Below the pieces are notes generated by a model. The model saw nothing but the letters and a program-made list of their open reading frames with translations, did not search any database and was not told where the DNA came from. DNA of 35,882 nucleotides from Promethearchaeota archaeon (GTDB taxonomy: Archaea > Asgardarchaeota > Lokiarchaeia > Sigyniarchaeales > SOKP01). This document shows, piece after piece, positions 9,725 through 18,075 of the stretch. Where the stretch lies: the NCBI GenBank assembly GCA_016840085.1, contig JAEOTA010000068.1, positions 1 through 35,882 of the forward strand, given 5' to 3'. Numbering within the stretch: position 1 is the first letter of the stretch; every line of letters starts with the position of its first letter. The translations under genes and the position numbers were made by a program.

Positions 9725-10648
9725 ATGAGTATCGAATCCAATAGTAGTAGGAATAGATGTCCTGAATGTGGGGGATTTTCAATAATTTCAAGGCAGGAAC
9801 GGGGTGAGAAGGTGTGTAGAATTTGTGGTCTGGTGATCGAAGAGCGAATAATCGATACATCTGTCTCCGGTCAACGATATTTTACTCAAGAGGAGAGGAA
9901 TAAGAAAAAACACACTGGACCACTTATTTCTACTTATTCGTCTTCTTTGGAATTATCACCGAAAATAAACTTATCTGAAGCACGAAATTGGGATCAAAGA
10001 AGGATTTTAGCTAAGAATCCAAGAGTTAAAGATTACAAGAATAGACATTTATCAGATGCTTTTTCACATTTAACCAGAATATGCAATAGTTTAAGATTAA
10101 AGAAAATAATAATAGAGCAAACTAAGGGATTATATCTCCAAGCAAAACATCTTGCACAAGGACGAACGGTTTTAGGATTAGTATGTGCCTGTCTTTTCTA
10201 TATTTGTAAAATAAATAACATTCCAATAACATTTAAGGAGCTTGCGGAAAACATTACAGGGTTGATTGAAAATCCCTTAAAAAAAGTAAAGAAATGCTAT
10301 TTAATTCTCTTCAAGGAATTAAATCTACCATCTCCTAGAGTAAGTCCATATAGTTTTATTTCATGTTTTATTTCAGATTTAGGACAAACAAACATAATTG
10401 GATTTACGACACAATTAATAACACTATATCTTTCTAAAGTGGGTTGTAAAGGTACTGATCCAAAGGGTATTTGCGCAGCGGGAATATATTTAGCATGCAT
10501 AAGACTTAACATAAAGTGTACTCAAAGAGAGATTTCAAAAATAGCACAGATCAGTGAGGTTACTCTGCGATCAAGGTTAAAAAAATTTCAGAAAGTTATA
10601 AAAGAAAGTGAATTTCTCAAAATTTCGAATGAGCACAAAAATCTCTAA
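9725..10648 (+). CDS. tfb: Transcription initiation factor IIB (TFB), divergent paralog
   Basis: Zn ribbon CPECG...GEKVCRICGLVIEE and two cyclin repeats (GRTVLGLVCACLFYIC; GTDPKGICAAGIYLAC...TQREISKIAQISEVTLRSR). Confidence 0.92.
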   Translation: MSIESNSSRNRCPECGGFSIISRQERGEKVCRICGLVIEERIIDTSVSGQRYFTQEERNKKKHTGPLISTYSSSLELSPKINLSEARNWDQRRILAKNPRVKDYKNRHLSDAFSHLTRICNSLRLKKIIIEQTKGLYLQAKHLAQGRTVLGLVCACLFYICKINNIPITFKELAENITGLIENPLKKVKKCYLILFKELNLPSPRVSPYSFISCFISDLGQTNIIGFTTQLITLYLSKVGCKGTDPKGICAAGIYLACIRLNIKCTQREISKIAQISEVTLRSRLKKFQKVIKESEFLKISNEHKNL

Positions 10649-10650
10649 GG

Positions 10651-11718
10651 GTGTTTTTAAACTTGATTTCAGATAATATTGTAATGGAGGATAGTAATAA
10701 ATTATATTCTGCGTTCTGTCCTACTTTAGATAAAGAATACTCCATTGATAACTTACCTGATAAGTATGAACATTTTAAGTGGAAATGTCCCGAATGTGGG
10801 AGAAAAGCATATTTTGAAGAGAGTTTAGGATATTTCCAGCATAAGGGTGTTCCTCGATGTGGGAGAGAAGCGGAGTCAATTGAGCATAAGGTTATGAAAG
10901 CTTATTGGTATCTTATGATTCCTAAATTTAATCAGGTAAAGACAAAAGAAATTGAGTATAAAATAGAAGGCCACGAAATAGATGTGTATTTCGAATTTGA
11001 AAATGGGAAAAAAGTTGCAATTGAGTGTCAGAATTCTATCATGAGTAAAGATAAGTTAAGAAGACGTACTAGAGATTATGCTAAAAAAGATATCTATACC
11101 TTATGGATTTTTAACGGGCATGGATCTTTTGTAGGAGATAAGAAAAACCCCCAAAACCAAGAAGAATTAGCAGTTCGGAAGGCTGAATTGGCGGCTCACA
11201 GTATCTATAAGGGAAGGGTGTATTATATGAATGTTGAGGGAAAAAAGATTATTAGTCCCCCTTTCGCGCTTCATATTGCCTCGACTCTTGAGCATAAGAC
11301 TTCAGATCTTAACCCCCTCGGGTATGATAAATTTACTAAGAGTAAATACAGTGTGACGATAGGGAAAATACCTTCTTATGAGATTGTCTTTGAATCAAGC
11401 AAATTTTATAAGATAACTCGATTCAATGATAAGAATATAGGTTCATCATGTAATGAGAAGATTACTAAATTCATTACTGAATATTGTGATACCCAGTTAA
11501 AGAAAAAGACCAACAAACGAATAGTAAAGATCCCTATAAAGGAAATAACTTCCTCATTAGAACCGCGTTTTGGATACAATTTAGTGTATCGAAAATTAAA
11601 AAAAGCTAATCATATAAAAAAGATAAAAACTCAGCAGAAATTTGATGATACGGGTAATTTACATGATTATATCGTCATTAGAATTACTGATTATATTAAA
11701 AAGGAGCATTTTTTCTAA
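10651..11718 (+). CDS. CoiA-like nuclease (Zn ribbon plus PD-(D/E)xK domain)
   Basis: CPECG...YFQH...ESIEHKVMK...IDVY...VAIECQNS...LRRRTRDY...LWIF. It starts 2 bp after the tfb stop; ATG 10684 is an alternative start. Confidence 0.75.
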   Translation: MFLNLISDNIVMEDSNKLYSAFCPTLDKEYSIDNLPDKYEHFKWKCPECGRKAYFEESLGYFQHKGVPRCGREAESIEHKVMKAYWYLMIPKFNQVKTKEIEYKIEGHEIDVYFEFENGKKVAIECQNSIMSKDKLRRRTRDYAKKDIYTLWIFNGHGSFVGDKKNPQNQEELAVRKAELAAHSIYKGRVYYMNVEGKKIISPPFALHIASTLEHKTSDLNPLGYDKFTKSKYSVTIGKIPSYEIVFESSKFYKITRFNDKNIGSSCNEKITKFITEYCDTQLKKKTNKRIVKIPIKEITSSLEPRFGYNLVYRKLKKANHIKKIKTQQKFDDTGNLHDYIVIRITDYIKKEHFF

Positions 11719-11744
11719 TTTTTTCACGTTTTCTTTTCTATGTT

Positions 11745-11897
11745 GTGAAAGTTCATACGAAATTTTGGCAAAAATTAGATATTAGTCAAAATAAACAAGT
11801 TGAAATTGAATTTGAAGTAAATTTTTGTCCATATTGTGGAAATTTTGTTTCAAAAATAGATCTAATTTGTAACGAATGTGGAGCGAATTTAAAATAA
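11745..11897 (+). CDS. 50-aa zinc-ribbon microprotein or gene remnant (not in the ORF track)
   Basis: GTG start, VKVHTKFWQKLDISQNKQVEIEFEVNFCPYCGNFVSKIDLICNECGANLK*, with a CxxC-x10-CxxC motif. Confidence 0.5.
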   Translation: MKVHTKFWQKLDISQNKQVEIEFEVNFCPYCGNFVSKIDLICNECGANLK

Positions 11898-11919
11898 TAA
11901 ATATTTGGGATAATGTAAG

Positions 11920-12282
11920 CTAGCTTTTAATAAATTCGAGTGTCCATTTATTTTGACGCTTCCAATTCATATACTTTCTTTTGAATGATTTTTGAGCCAC
12001 CTTATTCTTTTTAAAGGAAATATTATTTAATTTAAGTTCTTTTTCACAGTTTCTACACCAATATCTCTTTTTTAAAAATAATCTTCTTGAATAGACACAA
12101 TCATCACATACAATTATCCCACACACCCTACAAATTCGAAACCTTTTCTTTGAACCACCTTTAAAAATTAAATCCTGACAAGATTGACACATCACTACTT
12201 GTCCAGCACTTATTATATTTAATGGAAAATTTAAGCACCTTATTCCTATAATTATTTTATCTCTGAGTCCAATTCTAAACAA
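11920..12282 (-). CDS. FYVE-like 8-Cys zinc finger, probably the frameshifted C-terminus of the Mrr gene
   Basis: CQSC...RFRICRVCGIIVCDDC...WCRNC. Weak TTG start overlapping the Mrr stop by 8 bp. Confidence 0.6.
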   Translation of the reverse strand: MFRIGLRDKIIIGIRCLNFPLNIISAGQVVMCQSCQDLIFKGGSKKRFRICRVCGIIVCDDCVYSRRLFLKKRYWCRNCEKELKLNNISFKKNKVAQKSFKRKYMNWKRQNKWTLEFIKS

Positions 12283-13201
12283 AATAATTATTGGTAAGGG
12301 TTAAATCTATGCCTGTATACAATTTCCAGTAGTTATTAATGGATTTAATAGAAATATTTCTTGAACTTGGTTGACACGTAATAGAATACTCTTGATTATT
12401 ACGACCAATATAAGTTTTAACTACTGTGGTCACTTTTTGAATAAAGGATTTTATTTCTTCTATACTATAATTAGAGTATTTATTTTTAATGAACGGGATT
12501 TTATACTTACCTAATTTTTGCTTTATAGAGCTTAAGTCTTCAAAATCTTTATAATCAAATTTTGGAATTAATTCTGCAAGACCATTAGGAGAAATATAGA
12601 GATCTTGATCTTGGTAAGACATTGTCCATCGCCAACTACCTGTAGAATTTTGAAATTCGTGATTCAAAGAGAACTTTATCCAAAAAAATCTTACATAATT
12701 AAATGGAAGCATTTCTCTTTTTTTAATAAATCTTGAAGGCGGAAGAGGGTAACTAAAAATACTGTTATTTAGAACTGATTCACTTTGAGTTAATATGGTT
12801 TCTATATCTACTGATGTACAAAGAGAAGTCGATCGTGGTCGTTCTTCAATTAAAAAAATATTTACTTTTAGGGCATATGCAATTGCTTGTGGCGTAAAAT
12901 CAGAAGTAGTAATTACTATACCTTTCTCAACGTTTTGAGAAACCATTATTGAATGGAGTTTCTGTATAACTGGACGTCCAATTTTACCTTGATGTTTCTT
13001 AACTTCTACATAAATTTTTCTTCCTTTTCGATCAAATCCAATTATGTCTCGTCCTTTATCACCAGATGGTTGAGTTACTTGAACATTTGACCATCCTTTA
13101 CATCTATACATTTCTGCAACCATTTCTTCAAACTCATAGGGACTCAGATTGTCAATATTTTTTAGATAAGATTTAAGTAATGAAATATTTCGACTACTCA
13201 T
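12275..13201 (-). CDS. Mrr-family restriction endonuclease domain protein
   Basis: LSPYEFEEMVAEMY...TQPSGDKGRDII...VEVKKH...IGRPVIQKL...GIVITTSDFTPQA is the Mrr catalytic-domain pattern. Confidence 0.85.
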   Translation of the reverse strand: MSSRNISLLKSYLKNIDNLSPYEFEEMVAEMYRCKGWSNVQVTQPSGDKGRDIIGFDRKGRKIYVEVKKHQGKIGRPVIQKLHSIMVSQNVEKGIVITTSDFTPQAIAYALKVNIFLIEERPRSTSLCTSVDIETILTQSESVLNNSIFSYPLPPSRFIKKREMLPFNYVRFFWIKFSLNHEFQNSTGSWRWTMSYQDQDLYISPNGLAELIPKFDYKDFEDLSSIKQKLGKYKIPFIKNKYSNYSIEEIKSFIQKVTTVVKTYIGRNNQEYSITCQPSSRNISIKSINNYWKLYTGIDLTLTNNYFV

Positions 13202-13324
13202 TTTACAATTTTGTAATAATTACTTTGGTATATAAATATTTATCTTTAATCTTTTAATTTATATCGAAATACGCAATAGAATAATATTTTCTAACACAAT
13301 AGAAGTATATTTTAAGAAAATTAA

Positions 13325-13960
13325 TCAATCTTTTTTGCAAACTACTTCTATTGCATTTTTTAAATATGTCCGGATTTCATTTTCTGGAAAATACTTGTTG
13401 TAATTTGCTTTTAAGTGATATTTTGTGCGACTGCAGGAAAAATTAATCATCCTCTCCATGAATTGATATGAAGGTAGATTCTTATTTTCATTTAAAGGAC
13501 GATATAATTCTGGGTCTAATTGAAAGCCTAATCGAATACGGTAAAATCTACCGTCTTTAATAGAACATGATTTAATGCCCATTTTCATATGATTACGTAA
13601 AATATTTTTAGGTATTATTGGTTTTGAATTTTCTACAAATTCCACTTCAATAGAATTTATAATTTCATCCAATACCTCCAGTTGCTTCTGATTTAGAGTC
13701 AATTGTTGATTAGGAGGTTTCTCAATATCTCTAGAAGGTAAATCCTCTATTAAAATATAATCATCACTTTCAGGCATTAGAGGTACATTTTTATCAATCC
13801 ATTCATCAAGTTCTTTTATAGTTGATTCGAATGTGGATGTTAATGTCTTTTTTATTAGTGTACTTAGTTCTTCTTTTAGCATTTGTAGCTCTTTTGCCAT
13901 TTGTCTTAATTTCTCTTTTGTAATAGATATCTCGACTCTATTTTTATAGTTATATATCAT
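13325..13960 (-). CDS. Hypothetical protein
   Basis: 211-aa ORF with a coiled-coil N-terminus; no family recognised. Confidence 0.6.
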   Translation of the reverse strand: MIYNYKNRVEISITKEKLRQMAKELQMLKEELSTLIKKTLTSTFESTIKELDEWIDKNVPLMPESDDYILIEDLPSRDIEKPPNQQLTLNQKQLEVLDEIINSIEVEFVENSKPIIPKNILRNHMKMGIKSCSIKDGRFYRIRLGFQLDPELYRPLNENKNLPSYQFMERMINFSCSRTKYHLKANYNKYFPENEIRTYLKNAIEVVCKKD

Positions 13961-14047
13961 TTTTTTCTATTTTTTACTATTATCTAATTAATTTTTCATT
14001 CCATCTATTGTGTTAATTAAACTAAATCCCCATTTTATTAAATATCG

Positions 14048-14464
14048 TCACTTAAAATTAATATCTTCCCCCTTATATCTACGCCCTAATTGATAAATAC
14101 GGAATTCTCTAGAATTATCCTTTATTTTGGTGAAGAAAGAGACTATATCAACCTTTATAATTCTTTCTGTATCTTTCATTCCTTTAAGAGTCGGTATCAT
14201 TTCTCCATTTCGAAAGATTGGTTCTCCTAATATAGGCTCTTTATCCTTATAAGAAAAAATAATATCTTTACGCGTTCCTTCCATTATATTTCTAAAATTA
14301 ATAGGAAAAGATTTCAGCTTATAATCTATGAAAGGCCATATACGATTGATATTAACTAATAATTGTCCTATATCTTCAATAGTAATTTTAGGAAGTGAAT
14401 CTACTGAGCTAATATTTTGATAAGTATATTTATATAACAGTGATTTGGTAACCATCTTTTTCAA
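14048..14464 (-). CDS. Hypothetical protein
   Basis: 138-aa ORF co-oriented with its neighbours; likely start ATG 14455. Confidence 0.55.
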   Translation of the reverse strand: MKKMVTKSLLYKYTYQNISSVDSLPKITIEDIGQLLVNINRIWPFIDYKLKSFPINFRNIMEGTRKDIIFSYKDKEPILGEPIFRNGEMIPTLKGMKDTERIIKVDIVSFFTKIKDNSREFRIYQLGRRYKGEDINFK

Positions 14465-14511
14465 ACCTTTGCTGAAAAAATTTTTGATGATAATTTAAAC
14501 ACAATTATTTA

Positions 14512-17049
14512 CTATTTATTTATTTGAAGATCTACATCGCAATTATAACATTTAATCGATTCACCACTAATATATTTTTGAACTAATTCATGTGAAATGT
14601 AGGAATAACAATATGGGCAGATATTTGAGAGTATTGATACTCTCAAGTCGTAAAATTTATCCTCTGTAGCTATTACATTACTTTGGATTAATTGTTGTCT
14701 TATTTTATCACCCATTTCCGCAAGAAAGGCAGTTATTTGCTCTTCATCATTTCCAGAAACCTCTACTTTTAGAGTCCGATTTTCACCATCCAATAGGACA
14801 TATGTGATGACTTGGTTTTTTTTAACCTTGGTAATTCCAAAATACCAAGCTTCTCCAAGTCTATCTTCCTCAGAAAAATCTTTAAAGATTAATTTTATAT
14901 CAAATTTGCCTAGGACTGATATAACAGAAGAAAAGACCGAAGAGCTATATGTATTATCCACAATTGGAAATATCCTTTTATCTTGATGTGTAAGCCTGCG
15001 TCGAAGACTTTTAACTCTAGCTAAATTTGCGTCAGTTTCAGTAAAGAATATTGGACATGTAATTGAAACCATTTTAGGTTCCATGGGTATGGCTCTTGGT
15101 TTATCTTTCACATTATAAAAGCTAACTGTAGCATTGACAGGGCTTTCCATACAATTAATCGGTTCTAAATAAAGAGAGACTGCCTTTTTTTCTTTTGCTC
15201 CCAATTTAGCAATTAATATACTATCTCCTTTCCGTTCGTAATCAGGTTCGTGTAAGATCCACTTTAATGCTTTTGGAATGTCAAATGTAATTTTAAAATT
15301 GGTTAATGAGTATTGTGTATTATTTTTTACTCCGACTTTAAATCTAATTTGCCCACCAATAAATTCATATTCTCTCATAATTGTTACAAGTTTTTTTGCC
15401 TGCTCTTCCTTTATTATTGGTGGAATTTCATGTGATATTATGTCATCAACTTTAATTTTTGCCTTAGCTGTTATTGGAGTTATACCAATCAATTTATCCA
15501 TTTTCTCTTGTAGGTCTGATTGAAATGCTCTAGCTTCAATTATTCTTTCTTGTAATTTTTCTACAATATCTTGAAATTCGTTATATTTCAATGCTTTTTC
15601 TTTTGCTTGAGAATATCTGAAAATAATATCATTGACAAGTTTTATTGTTCCTGTAAGGTCTTTTTTTTGAAAATTATGGGCATACTTTAGATCTTTGTCA
15701 GAATCTAGATATGTTTTTTCGATCTCGAGCCGCTTAATATTCATTTGAATTGAACTTATGCTATTTTTAAGATCACTGTAAGATTTACTTACTTTTTTAG
15801 TTTTTATTAACTCCATAGCTAATTGTATGTTATCGATGGCTGAATGCCATTCATCTTTTGCTTCTTGTAGGTTCCATTTTTTATATCTTTCTTTTCCTTT
15901 TACCGTGTGAACTCTAGCATTTTCTATGTAGGCATTATATATGCTTTCTATGAGAATTTTTAAGTTGTGTTTAATTCTCTCCTTTTCTATAGCTTTTTTC
16001 AACAATTCTTCATAGTAGGAAATGGCTTCCTTCCATTTTTCAATAGCAACATCAAATAATTTTTTTGAGTAATTTTTTTTACCTTCATTCACCGAATCTC
16101 TTGCTCTTCTTAAAAGAAGTTCAAATTCATTTAGTAGAAGTTCTTCTTCTTGTGTTTTGATACTAATATGGTACTCTTTTTTACTTGATAAAAGAAAATT
16201 GAAAAGAATTATAAAGGAAATAGCACTAATTGAGCCCAAAATACTGGATATACCCAAAAACATTCCATTAATTAAGAGAATTAATATTAAAAATATAGCT
16301 TCAAATCTTTCGAAAAAATCAATAATCTTTGTTGATAATTTTCTTGGAATTTGTATCTCCTTAGACTTTCTTGTTGGTACTAGGCGGCTTTCTTGATGCT
16401 TGACTTGATCGAAATTATATTCAAGCCTAAGAAGTACTAAAGCAATGGCATAAATCGATCCTAAAGCTACCCAGACACCGAAAATGATTTGCCACGTAAG
16501 CCATCCATTAAAATATGTAGATTCTCCTATAATACATAGATGGATACAGATTCCAAGCCAAAATGGGTAGAATAATATCAATGATTTTATTACCCTTCTA
16601 TAACGTTCAAAATTAACTGTTCCAAAATAATATATTACAATAGACCATGAATAAATTCCAAAAAAATATGATGAAAAGGTATTAGTGATAATAAGGTATT
16701 CATCAGTTAATGTTGGCCATTCATATATCCATACATCCCATTCAATTTCAAGATCTATTAAATGAGATATTGCTGTCCCTATATCAATCCACCATAAAAT
16801 AAAGAATGTTAATATAGGTAGAAATAAGCTAATTTTTCTTAATTTTTTTATAATTAGAATTCCTACACATGATAATATAATATCTATGAGAATGGTCCAT
16901 GCAATTATTGATTGGTAAATAGGAAAGCCCCAAGGAGTAAGCTTTGGTTCTGGAAATCTGAAAACTATAGTTAAAACCGTGCCTATTATTGAAACAATTG
17001 TTATTAAGGCAAGAAATATTATTATTCTAATTTTTGTTCTATATAACAT
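14512..17049 (-). CDS. Multi-pass membrane protein with helical TPR-like region, adaptin-appendage-like domain and terminal Zn ribbon
   Basis: About 8 hydrophobic segments in aa 1-290, then helical repeats (AIEKWKEAISYYEE). A beta-rich REYEFIGGQIRFKVGVKN...VSLYLEP...VSITCP segment is followed by an alpha/beta segment and CPYC...CYNC. Confidence 0.7.
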   Translation of the reverse strand: MLYRTKIRIIIFLALITIVSIIGTVLTIVFRFPEPKLTPWGFPIYQSIIAWTILIDIILSCVGILIIKKLRKISLFLPILTFFILWWIDIGTAISHLIDLEIEWDVWIYEWPTLTDEYLIITNTFSSYFFGIYSWSIVIYYFGTVNFERYRRVIKSLILFYPFWLGICIHLCIIGESTYFNGWLTWQIIFGVWVALGSIYAIALVLLRLEYNFDQVKHQESRLVPTRKSKEIQIPRKLSTKIIDFFERFEAIFLILILLINGMFLGISSILGSISAISFIILFNFLLSSKKEYHISIKTQEEELLLNEFELLLRRARDSVNEGKKNYSKKLFDVAIEKWKEAISYYEELLKKAIEKERIKHNLKILIESIYNAYIENARVHTVKGKERYKKWNLQEAKDEWHSAIDNIQLAMELIKTKKVSKSYSDLKNSISSIQMNIKRLEIEKTYLDSDKDLKYAHNFQKKDLTGTIKLVNDIIFRYSQAKEKALKYNEFQDIVEKLQERIIEARAFQSDLQEKMDKLIGITPITAKAKIKVDDIISHEIPPIIKEEQAKKLVTIMREYEFIGGQIRFKVGVKNNTQYSLTNFKITFDIPKALKWILHEPDYERKGDSILIAKLGAKEKKAVSLYLEPINCMESPVNATVSFYNVKDKPRAIPMEPKMVSITCPIFFTETDANLARVKSLRRRLTHQDKRIFPIVDNTYSSSVFSSVISVLGKFDIKLIFKDFSEEDRLGEAWYFGITKVKKNQVITYVLLDGENRTLKVEVSGNDEEQITAFLAEMGDKIRQQLIQSNVIATEDKFYDLRVSILSNICPYCYSYISHELVQKYISGESIKCYNCDVDLQINK

Positions 17050-17059
17050 TTTTTAGTCA

Positions 17060-18037
17060 TTATTTTTTAAGTCTCTTTAATTTTTCAAAACACTCTTTAA
17101 TTGTAGAGTCATCCTCATTGAAAATTTGGAAGTAAAGTCTAGAAATCGGATTTGAAGCACAGAAAAAATCATTTTCTTTTGTTGCAATATATTTTAACTC
17201 CTCTTCATCAAGTTCATCAATAAATTTCTCATAAAAAATCAATTTAGCTAATATTATTTGTCTTAATACAGGAAAAGAATAAATTAAAACATCAGTGTCT
17301 TCTATTGTGGCACATCCTCTCTCGTTTATTAAAAGCGACAATGCTTTTGAGCATTGTAAAACATCTTTAAAAGATAATTTCGAACTTAGTTCACAATGAG
17401 TTAAAATTGTGCTTATCGTATTTTCAACTTCATATTCTTCTTCATACCCAAATCTCTCTTCATATTCTTCCAATTCTTTACGAGGAACAAGTTGAATTTC
17501 TTCAGGGAGTTTTTCTAACTCTTTTTTAGTCTTTTCAAAGTTAAATTTTTTACAAAATTTGTGTTCCATCTCTGTCTCTCTTTGAAAATATTCTAAAAAC
17601 CGATCTTTGTTAAATCGAAACCTATTTTCTTCAACCATTTCTAAAAAATCAGTCATATATCTAATTAAATTCTCATCAGAGGTTGAAAAGATCCCATTTT
17701 CAATATTCTCGGAATTTTCATCTAAGAAGCTTCCAAAATCATAATATCCTATGCGCACATGTCTACAAATGCCTTTACATAAGAATTTCTCTGGACAGTT
17801 TACAGCATTAAAAAATTTTCTAGCAACAACAGGTTCTTCGCCATTTATGGATATTGCTGTTCCTTTAAGATTTCCTACCAACTCAAATAACTTTGTCAAA
17901 TCTTTATCTTCAGGAGATTCAAAATTTATTTTATAATATCTGTCTTCTATAAATCCCCCATGTTTTTCTGCTAATCTAATAGCTTCAGGGACATTTTGTC
18001 CGCTTGATTTTGAATTAAATTTAAATTCTATTTTCAT
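17060..18037 (-). CDS. Hypothetical acidic protein with Cys/His cluster
   Basis: GAGGTGG SD-like site, 38 bp after the Mre11-Rad50 stop; contains CPEKFLCKGICRH. Confidence 0.75.
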   Translation of the reverse strand: MKIEFKFNSKSSGQNVPEAIRLAEKHGGFIEDRYYKINFESPEDKDLTKLFELVGNLKGTAISINGEEPVVARKFFNAVNCPEKFLCKGICRHVRIGYYDFGSFLDENSENIENGIFSTSDENLIRYMTDFLEMVEENRFRFNKDRFLEYFQRETEMEHKFCKKFNFEKTKKELEKLPEEIQLVPRKELEEYEERFGYEEEYEVENTISTILTHCELSSKLSFKDVLQCSKALSLLINERGCATIEDTDVLIYSFPVLRQIILAKLIFYEKFIDELDEEELKYIATKENDFFCASNPISRLYFQIFNEDDSTIKECFEKLKRLKK

Positions 18038-18075
18038 TAGACCACCTCTTCATCATCTTTCTATTTTTTTAATTT

